From contig CAJFCJ010000032.1 of the NCBI GenBank assembly GCA_904063045.1, positions 124,001 to 188,000 of the forward strand: a stretch of 64,000 bases of DNA, read 5' to 3'. Under the pieces are notes generated by a model. It searched no databases. It saw only the letters and a list, made by a program, of their open reading frames with translations, and had not been told where the DNA came from. The DNA comes from Dimorphilus gyrociliatus. Taxonomy: Eukaryota > Animalia > Annelida. This document shows, one piece after another, positions 14,077 to 25,800 of this stretch. Each line of letters starts with the position of its first letter. Within the stretch, counting starts at the first letter, position 1. The translations under genes and the position numbers were made by a program.

Positions 14077-14477
14077 ATAGCAGAGGAAATAGAAATTTCA
14101 TCTACTTTCCGTCTCCACGTCTTCTGTTACGAAACTAGTGCTTGTACCTTTCCAGATAATCAACATACAAGGTTGACAATGCAAACAGAATATGGTAGAA
14201 AGAGAGGAAAACACACCTAAAAATAGCTGCATACGTCATTCAATAGAAAGTTATTGGAGACCTGATTAGTAATTGATAATTAAATTCTAAGTTAACGCTA
14301 CATCAAAATATTTCCTTATATAGACTTTTCATTGGGAAAACTTAAAAAAAAAAACACACACACACTCACACATCTCATATGACTGCACTTAGTTTATTAG
14401 AACTCCAACAGGTAGAGCTTTAATCAAAAATTTTTTTCTCATTTCATAACTTCATTATTTTGATATAGCATGCATTG

Positions 14478-15165
14478 ATGTCTCTGAAGATTATTGTCAT
14501 ATTTATAACGTTCTTGGCATTTTTCAAAACAACTACGACTGCAGGTAAAGTAATTTTTAGTAGAAATATGAATAAATATACTTAATAAAGATGAGGGAAA
14601 AACAAACAAACGTTTTATAGGTGTTAAACAGCGATGAAGGATAAATACTATTACTATTAATACCTTTCCTGTCATTAATTACTGTTTCCTCTGTTTATTT
14701 TGTCCAACAGGTAAAGGATTAATTTGCAATTGCAACACTCTCAACTGCTCTCGTGGCAATATTACTTGTAAAAGTGATGATAAATGTTATGCAAGGATCT
14801 TGACAGATACGAATGATAGTGGCCTGACGGTATCAACTGTTGAGAGGGGTTGTGTGGAAGAAGGCGAAAGCTTTTGCTCTTATTCCCTCATTTATTGTTG
14901 CCAATTCGATTTTTGTAATTCTTCTCCGCTTCTGGAAGAGCTTACAACGCTAAGGTCTGATCAAAAAGACTCAACTTGGAAAATTTTTAGTCTTATAGTG
15001 TCTCTACCAGCTTCGATTGTTATTCTCTCTATAATACTACTTCAATTATATACTCATAACTATTCAAATCCAGCAGCTACTACGTCAATAAGGCACTCAA
15101 TCCTGTCGAATGATGCAAGTCCGTCAAACACAAGCATCCTTCTAACCGAAATAAATCTCATCTAG
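14478..15165 (+). CDS. BAMBI-like / type I TGF-beta receptor-like single-pass membrane protein without kinase domain (exons 14478-14544, 14711-15165; 173 aa)
   Basis: Signal peptide MSLKIIVIFITFLAFFKTTTTAG, then a phase-1 intron. The 10-Cys ectodomain (CxC...C...CKS..C.AR.L...GC...C...CC.FDFCN) is followed by a ~23-aa TM helix (IFSLIVSLPASIVILSIILLQLY), a ~37-aa tail and a TAG stop. Confidence 0.8.
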
Positions 15166-16121
15166 ATATAGACGATCCTTTAATATTTTAATGTCGTTTC
15201 TTCGTACGTCGACGATAAACAATATTAATGAGATTTAAAGGGGCGTCATATTTTACGTGAGAAAACGAAACTTTGATACTGTACACGTTTATGTTGATGT
15301 AAAGTTTTCTTTATTCTCTTATACATTGTCAACTTATCAGCTGATTTAAAAAGAGAATTAGGTAAAATGTAAACAATAATAATAGAATGACATATGGTAT
15401 AGTTTACAATTCAAGAACACCTAAGTTTCTAACTAACCTGTCCAACTTCCAAGCAGAAGGGAATCATTTAATTAAACCACCTCTCTCTTGTTTAATATAT
15501 ATACAGTATATATATATATATATATATATACATAAAGAAGTTTTACACCTTTCCTAATGAATTATTGATTGTTTACAGGAATCAAATATAAGCTAAATAT
15601 CTTACTGCTAGGTTAATTAGGTAGATCTCACATGAAGTAAAACAAGTGGTCTATACCGGAAGTACAACATACGTGACATTTAATTAAAGTGATTGAAAAT
15701 AAGATTTCTAGCAGCGCCATCTTCCTTATAAGAAGCGAACGATTAAGGATTTTTAGAAAAGTAGGTGATGAGTGAAGTCGTGTAATCCGAGATAATCCAT
15801 CAAAAAAAGTAGAATATATAGTATATATATATATATATATATATATATTTGAATAGGATGGAGAGACGAAGTGGAGGTTGAGCAGAGATGAAGAGAGGAA
15901 AGCAGTAGTTACGACCATTGATTGAGAAACTTGTGGTGGATTGTAAAAAGGAGCAAAAAAGAAAAAATATAACAAAGAGGGAAATGATTTGTTTATAAAG
16001 AAAAATTCAACATTTAACATTTTTTACATCGACAAATGACATTTTACATTTTTTACACATGTTTTTTCATATTAATATCATAAATTATCATATTAATAAT
16101 AATACAAATAATAATTAACGG

Positions 16122-17191
16122 TTAATTATTCACCAGGTTCATCATAGGCGAGTTAGCAGTCGGCTTGCTTAATCTCAAATCTTCTCCATGACCATCAGAT
16201 GACGCCACTGTACCGTTTTGGTTTGTTAAATAATGAGAGGAAACTGCCGTACATTGAGGAAAAGTCGGTTGTCCTGAATGCCATGAGATATTTCCAGGTA
16301 AATACATCCCAGGAATTGCCATACCTCTGCTTTTTATTATAAAAAATAATTAATTAATTATAATCGTTATGATTAATTAAATAAGTATGGTTACTTACGT
16401 AATAGCACTCATATTCGGTAAATTTCCGATCGTATTAACTGGTGGGTTAACGGAATGTGAAGAATTAGAAACTGTAGATGGATTTAATGCTGTTAAAATA
16501 AGAAAATGATAATAAAGAATTTTAAACACAAAAAAATGTCCGCGCAATCTGTACTATCAACACTTACTATGTTCAACTGCTTCCTTTGCGTTGGATTGAA
16601 GTTGTTTTTGTTGTTTTCTCCATTTGGCTCTTCGATTTTGAAACCACACCTTAAAACAATAATATATATATATATATCTTATATACGAATATGTAGATTA
16701 TAAATATTGATAGCGCGACGCATTTGAGATCTTTATCTTTTAAAGCAATTGTTTGAAAATACCTGTACTCTTGCTTCTGTTAAGTCGATTCTCAAAGCCA
16801 ATTCTTCTCTACAAAATACATCCGGATAGTGTGTTTTCTGGAATGCTTTCTCCAATTCATCTAACTGATAAGAACTAAAAGTTGTACGATAGCGGCGTTG
16901 CTTCCTTTTCAATGTTGACTGCTGAGTTTCTTGGGCGAAATTAGACGCTGCTCTAACAGAATTCTGGTAGAAGGGAGAAGATGCTGGTTGACTTCCGTAA
17001 GGCGAATGAGCACAGTCGAACGCTGTTAATAAATAAGATAAAACTAATGAGATAAGTGTCTACTTAATTTATTCTTGATGCGTCTAACTTTGTTGCTGCT
17101 GTTGTTGCTGTTCTAACAAATTAAAAGAATATGCGGACGCGTTTTGCTGCTGCATGACGCCACTAATGTGATTTTGCAAACTGACAAACAT
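16122..17191 (-). CDS. arx: Paired-class Q50 homeobox protein, Arx/aristaless/Pph13 family (exons 17191-17089, 17022-16763, 16649-16568, 16489-16399, 16326-16122; 246 aa; alternative first exon 17758-17737)
   Basis: Homeodomain [49 protein letters not shown]|[12 protein letters not shown] with the typical PRD-class intron between Q and V. All junctions are GT-AG and in phase. Exact orthology within the family is not resolved. Confidence 0.9.
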
Positions 17192-17208
17192 TGTTGATAT
17201 TTTCCCTA

Positions 17209-17223
17209 CCGTCAGGTGGCGCT
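17209..17223 (+). promoter_or_regulatory. CTCF-like motif immediately upstream of the arx proximal first exon
   Basis: CCGTCAGGTGGCGCT. Confidence 0.6.
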
Positions 17224-18085
17224 TTTTGCTAGTTTTTTTGCGCGCAAAACATCTCTTGTTATGCTATTTTTTCTTCAAAAAAAAATTATATACAGACTCT
17301 ATCTTCTATTTTTTAACAAAATTCCTCAACTATGACTTAAAAAAGCGTATGTTTGATAAAATGTCTACAGTCAGATAGTCGGATATGGCACAAAAATCTA
17401 AGCGAGAAAACAGCAGAATTTCTAAGTCTTCCAATAAGCAGATCTCATCTACAGGTGCAATCGACGAGAATGATGTTCTAACAGTTTTTTACCCACAAAT
17501 TAATTAGTCCTATATTTAGAAAAAAATCTATTTATCATTTAGTCATTTATTCTCTTTTCCCTCTTTATTGAACCTTAAAGTTCGGAGAAAAAGGAAGAAA
17601 ACGGCGCATATTATAATCTTCTTTCTTTATCATTACTAGGTTACTACGACGAAATATTAAGATCGAATAGTATAAGAGAATGTATTAAAATCTCTTTTAC
17701 GAAAAAATAAAGAATAGAGTAAATAAGGTACTTTACCAATAAATCCGTGTCCGTACATGTTTAGCTGTCGAAGGAATAGATTGGAATGATACTACACTAA
17801 CCGAAGATTCCTAATTATATAATTAGTAAGTTTATTAACAAGTAGAAGGAGTTTAACAAAAGTGAAAGTTTTTTTACTCATAGTCCCTTTGAACTTCTTC
17901 AGATATAGCCGAACGTTGTTCTCAAAAGTCGCGCTCTCAAAACCGTTTGAGTGTATTTGGTGCGGGATCTCATTACTTTTTACTTGTTTATTGTACACAG
18001 GTACAGCTTTACTTAATCAAGAAAAAAAAACCTTGTATTACCTTTTATAGAAACGAGATTTAAGTAAAAAGATTTACCAAGAAAA

Positions 18086-18118
18086 AGAATAAGAATAAGA
18101 ATAAGAATAGGAATAAGG
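18086..18118. repeat. (AAGAAT)n hexamer repeat
   Basis: AAGAATAAGAATAAGAATAAGAATAGGAATAAG; boundaries approximate. Confidence 0.8.
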
Positions 18119-18807
18119 AGAAGAAGAACAACAAGAAAGTCGTTTTCTCAATTTCACTTTAATCAATTCAATAAACTATAAACTATACTGTTTTTATTTA
18201 AAAAGCGTCTCTTTATTACGCCAAACAGACTAGGCATCTTTTCATAATATATAAGTTTATACATCATTTTTGAATAACGCAGGGATTGACTTTATAATAG
18301 AAAAATCCTCGTAAAATGCCTTTCACCTTTCAATAATAATCCTATATTAATCTTATTAGGCGATAAAGTTAGGTAGGTGTGTTTCTACGTGAAAACGAAT
18401 ATTATCAAATAAGGTAACAATAAGAAAATATTCTGTCAAATGGTGCGAATACAATAAAGTTTCGTCAATAAAAAAAATTGATGTAGAAAGCTACACGCAC
18501 ACGTTCAACTCGATGACTAATCTACTCCTATCATAGGTCTTCCCTCATTTCGCGACTGGCTACTAGCGACCTTACAAAATCCACTCTCATTTCCGTGAGC
18601 TGCTTGATACAGTAGGGGCGAAGCTTTTAAAAAACAGATGGGGGATTTCGACAACTCATTTTTAAGCAAAGCCTTTGGTTCGCTAACAAACTATAATATT
18701 TCAATTTCGTTACTCATTTGTCTGTTTTTTTTTGCTCTATAATATAAATTCTTGCCGCCGATCGCCTCTTGCTTTCTATCTCTCTTCCTCTCTCTTCACG
18801 CACACAC

Positions 18808-18808
<1 letters not shown>

Positions 18809-18848
<40 letters not shown>
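18809..18848. repeat. (TA)n microsatellite
   Basis: Uninterrupted TA tract followed by CTG. Confidence 0.95.
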
Positions 18849-18849
<1 letters not shown>

Positions 18850-19798
18850 TGTGTATCTACATGCATTTGTATAGTTTTATATGAGTATTTCAATGACCAT
18901 GCTGTGAATTTTATACAGGTTTCTATGGTTTTTTTTTCTCTTTATTCTTTCAGCGCATACAATTTTATATAAATAAATCTATAAATAAAATCAAGTTGAT
19001 CTATTTCAGTTAGCGAATTAAGGTCTACAGACATAAAGTACACAACTCTTTTCTTTTAGAGAGACAAATATTGTTCTCCGTTGCAAAAGGGAAGACATTT
19101 TATTAACTAAACTTATATAAAACAATATAAAGCGTTCATATATATGTATACGTATATATAATACAGTACATAACATATATATTAGAATATATATTTATAC
19201 ATATTCAAATCAAAGTAGCCTCTACAGTCTCTTATGCCGTAATGATTATGTGTCTATATTGAGAAGTTTTTGTCGGCCGATTTGTCAAATTGTTCTATTC
19301 TATTATTGTTGTGGTAAGTGATTATTAGTTAAAAGGAGAATCTGAAGAGTTTAATCATTAAAACGAATGCAATTTACTGCTATTTGAGGTGATAAATAAA
19401 TTACAGTATGTGCAAAGATCAAAAGTTTTCCTTTTATTTAATTTTTACTTTATATTTTAACAAACTTGAGCTTGATATTCTTTCAGGAAGAATCTAATTC
19501 ATATTTAGTATCTTTATAAGTATAATAACTGCTTTAGGGCGTCTAATTATTTTGGAGAGACGCCCGCAAAAAGCGTTACTCTGAGCGGACACCCAGCAGT
19601 GAGCACGAGCAGTTTTCTACGGCTTCCTTCTGTTGGATTGGAGAATGGAAAGAATGGGAAGCCGGTTTTGTTACATGAAAAACGCGCTTAGTACGTTTTG
19701 GTATATGAGCTTTAGCTGTTGAGTAGTTGCAATTAGATTTTGTCCCCTTTTACTCTTTTTTGAATAAAAGAATATTTTGATAATGTTAAAAGGTTATT

Positions 19799-19813
19799 CG
19801 GTAGATGGCGCTA
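19799..19813 (+). promoter_or_regulatory. CTCF-like motif
   Basis: CGGTAGATGGCGCTA. Confidence 0.55.
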
Positions 19814-19959
19814 CGAACGCATTCGTGCCTGTTCCTCTATCTTTTCAATTATACTCGCTTAATTAATTGTGCAGACTTTTCTTCCCAGTAATTAAACTAC
19901 GACGAAATTGTTGTCAGGAACTTGAACTGCAGCCAAATAGTTGAATGAACGGTAAGAAA

Positions 19960-19974
19960 CACGATAGATGGCGT
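19960..19974 (+). promoter_or_regulatory. CTCF-like motif
   Basis: CACGATAGATGGCGT. Confidence 0.5.
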
Positions 19975-22562
19975 ACCATTTTCCCAGTGTGTTGTTTACC
20001 TAAAGAGAAGTTGATTGGTTATGGGAGTGTTGGAAGTGGAGAAAAAAGCAATAAAAGCATGTTTTTTTTTTAGAAAAGTAAACGGGAATATCAGTTCTGT
20101 AAAGTCTATAAAGAATCGTACAGAATTTGTAGACACCAGATGAAATCATAGAATATAGATTCTTGGAATCGTGGAGAAATTAGCAACGAAAAAATTCATT
20201 AAAAGGTAAGAAAATATGAAAAAATAATGATTTTATGATAATAATGAATTATCTTGGTAACTAGACAAGAAAGGAAGAGAGCGAGCGAAAGAGAAAGAGA
20301 CAGACAGAGACAGACAGACAGGCAGAGGAAGAAAGAAAAGGAACCCATAGAAAAGATTTATTATTATTATTACTATTACAAGGTAAATGACGTTATAGTT
20401 GTTATACAGAAGATGGTAAATTTGATGAAGTATGATTATTCGGTTAGTTAGTGGATTATTATTAATAGGCAATTAAGTATTAAAAGGTTAAATAATAAAG
20501 AACAAAGGATAAAAAAAGGATAAATAAATAAAGAGATCATCTTTAAAGGTAATTTAATGTGTAAAAAGAATACATAAGAGAAATTTTAGCATAATTTGGC
20601 CTTGATATCAAAATACCTTATTGTAAAATATGAAATAGGATTAGTCCGTATATAGGTTTTTATATCAGTACTTTGTTCTTGTACCTTCTTAGTAACGTAC
20701 ATTAGTGAGGCTATTGATGAACACTCAACGGCAATTTCCGCTGACTAATGCTTTTGAAAAGCCTTATTGAACATTGTAGAAGAAAACAAGTCAACGTATA
20801 TGAATGTAAAAAAATTCCTTCTGAAGTATTATAGTTTCATATAATAACTGTGCAAATTTATCAGACATTGTGTTCTAGATAATCTTATCAAGTTAATAAT
20901 TAGTTGAACGCCCTGAACATTTTCTTCAAATACCATTGTTCTTTATATTTTTATCAATAAATCGTCTTTACTTCAATTACAACTTGTTTAGTTATGATTG
21001 TATTGTATCATGTTCAATACTTGATTCGGCTTCCTTGACTTTGTCTTGAACAATAGTCTATTGGACTTGGTGATTGCGAAGTATATAAATAGTATATATG
21101 TATCTGTATACTGGTATATACGTTGAATAGATACATCGTCTTTATACTTAAATATATGTATATTAAGCATTATTATTATTAGACAATACTGCAAAATAAG
21201 AACAATATGTAAAATATGCCCATATTTTTACGTATGGAAATGAGCTGATAGAATATGATGGGTACTCAATAAAAGAATATTTATCTTTAATATGTGTGTA
21301 TTATTATGCACTTTATTATAATTAAGTATAGTAATGATAATGCATAGTAAAACGAAATTGTAGGTTTGATATGAGTTTAATTGACAACCATACGATACTT
21401 GTTAAAAAGAGGGACGATATATGAAAATATTGCATATAGATATACTGTATGTATATATATATATAATTTATATATAGACCAGACTTCATTTATTATATCT
21501 CATAATAGTTTTGTACAAGCTAAATCAATAGACAATGTTTTCTATATTACAATAAGAAAAACGGAAAACAATTAAAAAGACATATGCATTAGCTTTTGAT
21601 GTCTCCAGCGGTATATAGACATTTCATATTCCGTTTAGTATATATCTATTTATAAATATCTATATATTATACTCTTTTAGCGTAGAATACATATACTGTA
21701 TATATATGGTGTAAAAATACTTGTACTAATATATATATATATAAATAATTTAGTTATGTAAACATGTGTCACGATACATAAAACAAGGATTTATTTAACT
21801 GACGTGACTTTATTAAATTTCTTTTTTGACATTTCTCAACACATATTGTTTTCTCGCTTACTTTTTAAGTAGAGAATTTCTACGAAAGCCGATTATCTGC
21901 GCTAATGAGACAGTTTACGTGTAAATCTTTAATCATTACGAGTAATATTAGAATGTTTAATGGTTCTTAAAATCGTATTTTCCTACTTATCTCAAATGCG
22001 TGAAATAGTATATGCAAAATGAAATCAGTAAAATAAGTGTTTACACAATTTAAAGAAACAACTAGTTCCTATAGAAATAGAGAACGGCACAGGGAAGGAA
22101 GAGAGAGAAAGATAAAAGACAAAAGGATTTTTCTCTATTTAAAAGATCAAATTAATTTAATAAAAGGTTAAAGACAAAAGAATAAAAGCTGACTTAAAAA
22201 TTCATACATATGTATATTACTATGTATATACTGTAAATGCAGTATAAATATACTATATGTAACGTAATAACACGTACATTTTATCCTATACATTCATGAA
22301 TAATGATGAATTGTTCATCGTTATATAGTTTACTCTCTGATTGCGCTAAAAGTAAACAAACAACACTCTAGCAGCTAAAGAATAAACATGAAAGTGAAAA
22401 GAACAAATGTATGATAGATAGACAGTAGAAAGCAGTAACATGCACGACATTGTTGACAAATGTCGTATCTTATCATAATGCTGTTATATATCATAACTAT
22501 TCTGCTCAGTAACTTTTAATTTATATGCAACCGATTTGATATTACAAGAAAATTCTCTTCTG

Positions 22563-22577
22563 ACGCTAGGTGGCGCT
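22563..22577 (+). promoter_or_regulatory. CTCF-like motif ~125 bp upstream of the GPCR start codon
   Basis: ACGCTAGGTGGCGCT. Confidence 0.6.
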
Positions 22578-22700
22578 TAAAGGTAGCTGCGAAACAGATG
22601 TGAACGGTCAAGCGATAAGCACATCATGAAGAGACATTTACTGCAAAATAATTTTATTTTTGTCATGGAATAGGAGTGAAATAAGGAGAAAACTGTGCAT

Positions 22701-22834
22701 ATGTTGGGATTTTTAAAGATTCTTCACCTTTTCCTTTTTCTTCTAGTCTGGTGTTTGTTGGTAAGTCATTACTTTGTTCTTTGCTTTTCTCTTCTATTGC
22801 AACTTGCTCATCTGTGTGTATATGCCTCACTCTT

Positions 22835-22867
<33 letters not shown>

Positions 22868-25800
22868 GCTCTATCTTGCTCTCTCTCTCTCTGTCTCCAA
22901 TTCCATCTGTCTCCGTTTGTTAGTTATACGGATTGTGATCACACTTTTATTTCTTTTCCTGTCTTGATTTTGATTTAGCCTCTTTCTTTTCCATTTCTCT
23001 TTTCTCATGATCTCTAATACTTTTAATTCGTTATATTCCTCCTCTCTAATATCGATGAATGAATTTTTGCTTTGATACGTTATGCCTTCCTTCACCTCTT
23101 TTCCTCTCCAACTGTAATTTATCCTCTTTCTTCGTCAATTTAGCGTCTTTAATTAGAAGAGTCTGCCAAAAATTGAGGGCTATAAATTTAGGCCAGATTA
23201 TTTTTCGTTGTGCTATTGCTAAAATAAATATAATCGATATCAGTGTCTTATCTAAGCACGTTGATAATTGCAAGAAAGAAATTATTTCTGTTAAAAAGGT
23301 TTTTATACGAGTGTGTGTATATGCTTAATCTTTGATAAAGAAAGAGTACATAAAAAGGGTTGTAAAGATATAGGAAGGAATCTAGACTTGATAACGGAAG
23401 TAGTATTTCCGATGGTTTTGATATCTTTGAGAAAAAAATGTGTAACTTTTGTCTAATTAATTAGGGAGAAGTCGTAATGTCATCTATTTAATAAAACAGT
23501 TGAAGGATACTTGTGCCTCTTTTCTCTTCGCTTAACAATAGCTAATTACCTAGTTATGAGTGGAAAATAAACGAATTGTGAAATGTTTTCCAAGAACAAT
23601 TTTCATACAAATCCATTCATAGGATTTAATTAAAGTTTCCTTATCCGTTTTCTCACTTAATCAATTCGTAACCTTTATACCGTTAAATAGGAGTTAGAAT
23701 TTTCTTAAAAGATATTTAAGTCAAATTGTAAGGCATCTACAGAGCAATTGATTAGAATTTCCTTACTTTTAATTCTCAATGCTCCAGTTTTGATCGAATC
23801 TTTTCATACCAAAACAATGTTTAGCTAGACATAAAATTACTATAAATACTATTACATGGATTTGTTTATATATTTATAATTTGTCTTTTCTCTCTCTCTT
23901 TGTCTCTCTCTCTCTCACAATCATTTGTCTCTCTATGCATTCTCTATTCTATAGGCTTTTGTTTTAATTAACATCCTATGGTCTACCTGTATTCCGGTCT
24001 CACTGTCGTTTTCTCTTTCCTTTTCTTTCTGACTTGCTCACACACTCACTAATAATAGTACAGTTACACCTTAAGAAATCGTTTAATAAGCATTAATATT
24101 CATAAGCAAAACTTTATACACCTCTCCACCGTTGTTTCGTATAAACTGTATTATGGTATATCTATATATTTTCTTATAATATTTATATACTATATACTTT
24201 ATTCTAAATTTTTCCTTTGATCTTCTCGTCTCTTCTTCTTCTATTACATAGTTTACATATAGACAGTATTAGAGTTTAAGCAATAAATTAATATGGTAGA
24301 ATATTTATATAAAACATATTTTGCTTCATTATCCATATAGACCTTTTTATAGAATATACGTTATATAAAGTATTTGTACTCTATTAGATACTTACAGGGA
24401 GAGTTTTTGTTGCCATTAAATATTCATTCTTACATATATGCATGATTTAATAAAATCGTTTCCTAGTCATGAAAAACATTAGCATATTGCAATTTGAAAT
24501 GTTGTATTCGTTTTTATTTTGCTGTTTTACTGGCGTGCGTACTTAGTACAACTGATAGATCACGAATGCTAATGATATTTTCACTTTCTGAAACGATTCA
24601 AAAACCATTAATCATTCTCTTTGAAAGAGAGAAGAGAGAGATTAAAACCTTTATCTTGTTAACGAAGCAACAGAATTGGTTAGGAGAAAAGTGATAAAAG
24701 TTTTCGACACTGAAGTAGCGCATTCGTTTTTTAAATTATTCCATCAATAAACTATTCATTTTCTTCCTCTTACTTTATAATATCTAATAGTAGTATGATT
24801 TACACGTGTACTTTTGGGGTGAGGTTGACAGCCATAGGTTAAGATTGACAGGAATCTAAGGAGAGAGGATATACACTTTGTCTCTTTTACTTACCAACTC
24901 CCCAGCTAGCCTGCAAGGCTAAAAGGAAATTGTCAAATTATGCCTCTAACCAATTCCGTAACCTATGGAGAAAATATTCCTAGACGTAAGGTCGCACAGA
25001 TGGTGATATATTAAAGAATCATATGTATGAAGTATATTAGACCATTACAGGCGGAATAAGAATTAGTAAAAGTACAGACTATTAATAACTGTAATATGCT
25101 TTAAATAGAATAAATATAAATATAGGACACGTTCTGTGCTTTACTTGTTAAATTTAACCTATGTCGTTGCTATTAATAATGAATACGGAAATTTTGGCTA
25201 TTTATCTTTACTAGAAAAAATAGGAAAAGGCTAGTTTTTGCCCTTTAGCGTCATACAGTTGTTAGATGTCTATTAGAGAGAGAGAAGTTTCATCGAATTT
25301 CCCGCTTACGTAGCGATCAAAGAACAATGGCAAAGTACAATAGGTAAAGATAATGGGGAAGGAAAGTGATGCCAGCTCTGCTATTGGACGGCCATTTTGT
25401 ATTAGGAGAAAAGTTTAGTGAGCTCTAGCAAATATTTTCAACTTCTCTCCTATTTAATTGATTTATTAAATTAACTACAATTAGAAAGGCTTTAAGGTAG
25501 TTTGTTATTGTTAGGATTTTGTTTTAAGCTGAAGAGAAGCTGTGCGCATAAATTAATCTTAAATATATCCATTATAAATTATGTGTAAAAGCTGATTAGT
25601 GAATCATTTCCCGAAGTTCATTAACGTAATCTAATTAAGGAAATAATATATATTATATTAGTATAAATAAATATTTAGCCTCTTTTCTTTTTCTTCTTTT
25701 TATCATTTAGTTTTTTAAATAAAATCTTCACTAAATCAAAATGAGGCCAAAGAATAAATAAAATATCATCAAGAATTCATGACTTTTAACACTAAATAAC

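Noticed and set aside
23046-23273. Minus-strand ORF in GPCR intron 1 with a hydrophobic stretch and KR/GR sites, superficially like a neuropeptide precursor
   Set aside because: No ATG start or usable upstream exon found, no repeated peptide motif, and it abuts GA-repeat sequence.
24890-24970. Minus-strand donor (GTAAGT near 24894) and acceptors inside GPCR intron 1, suggesting an antisense gene
   Set aside because: All three frames of the longer candidate exon contain stops and no partner exons were identified.
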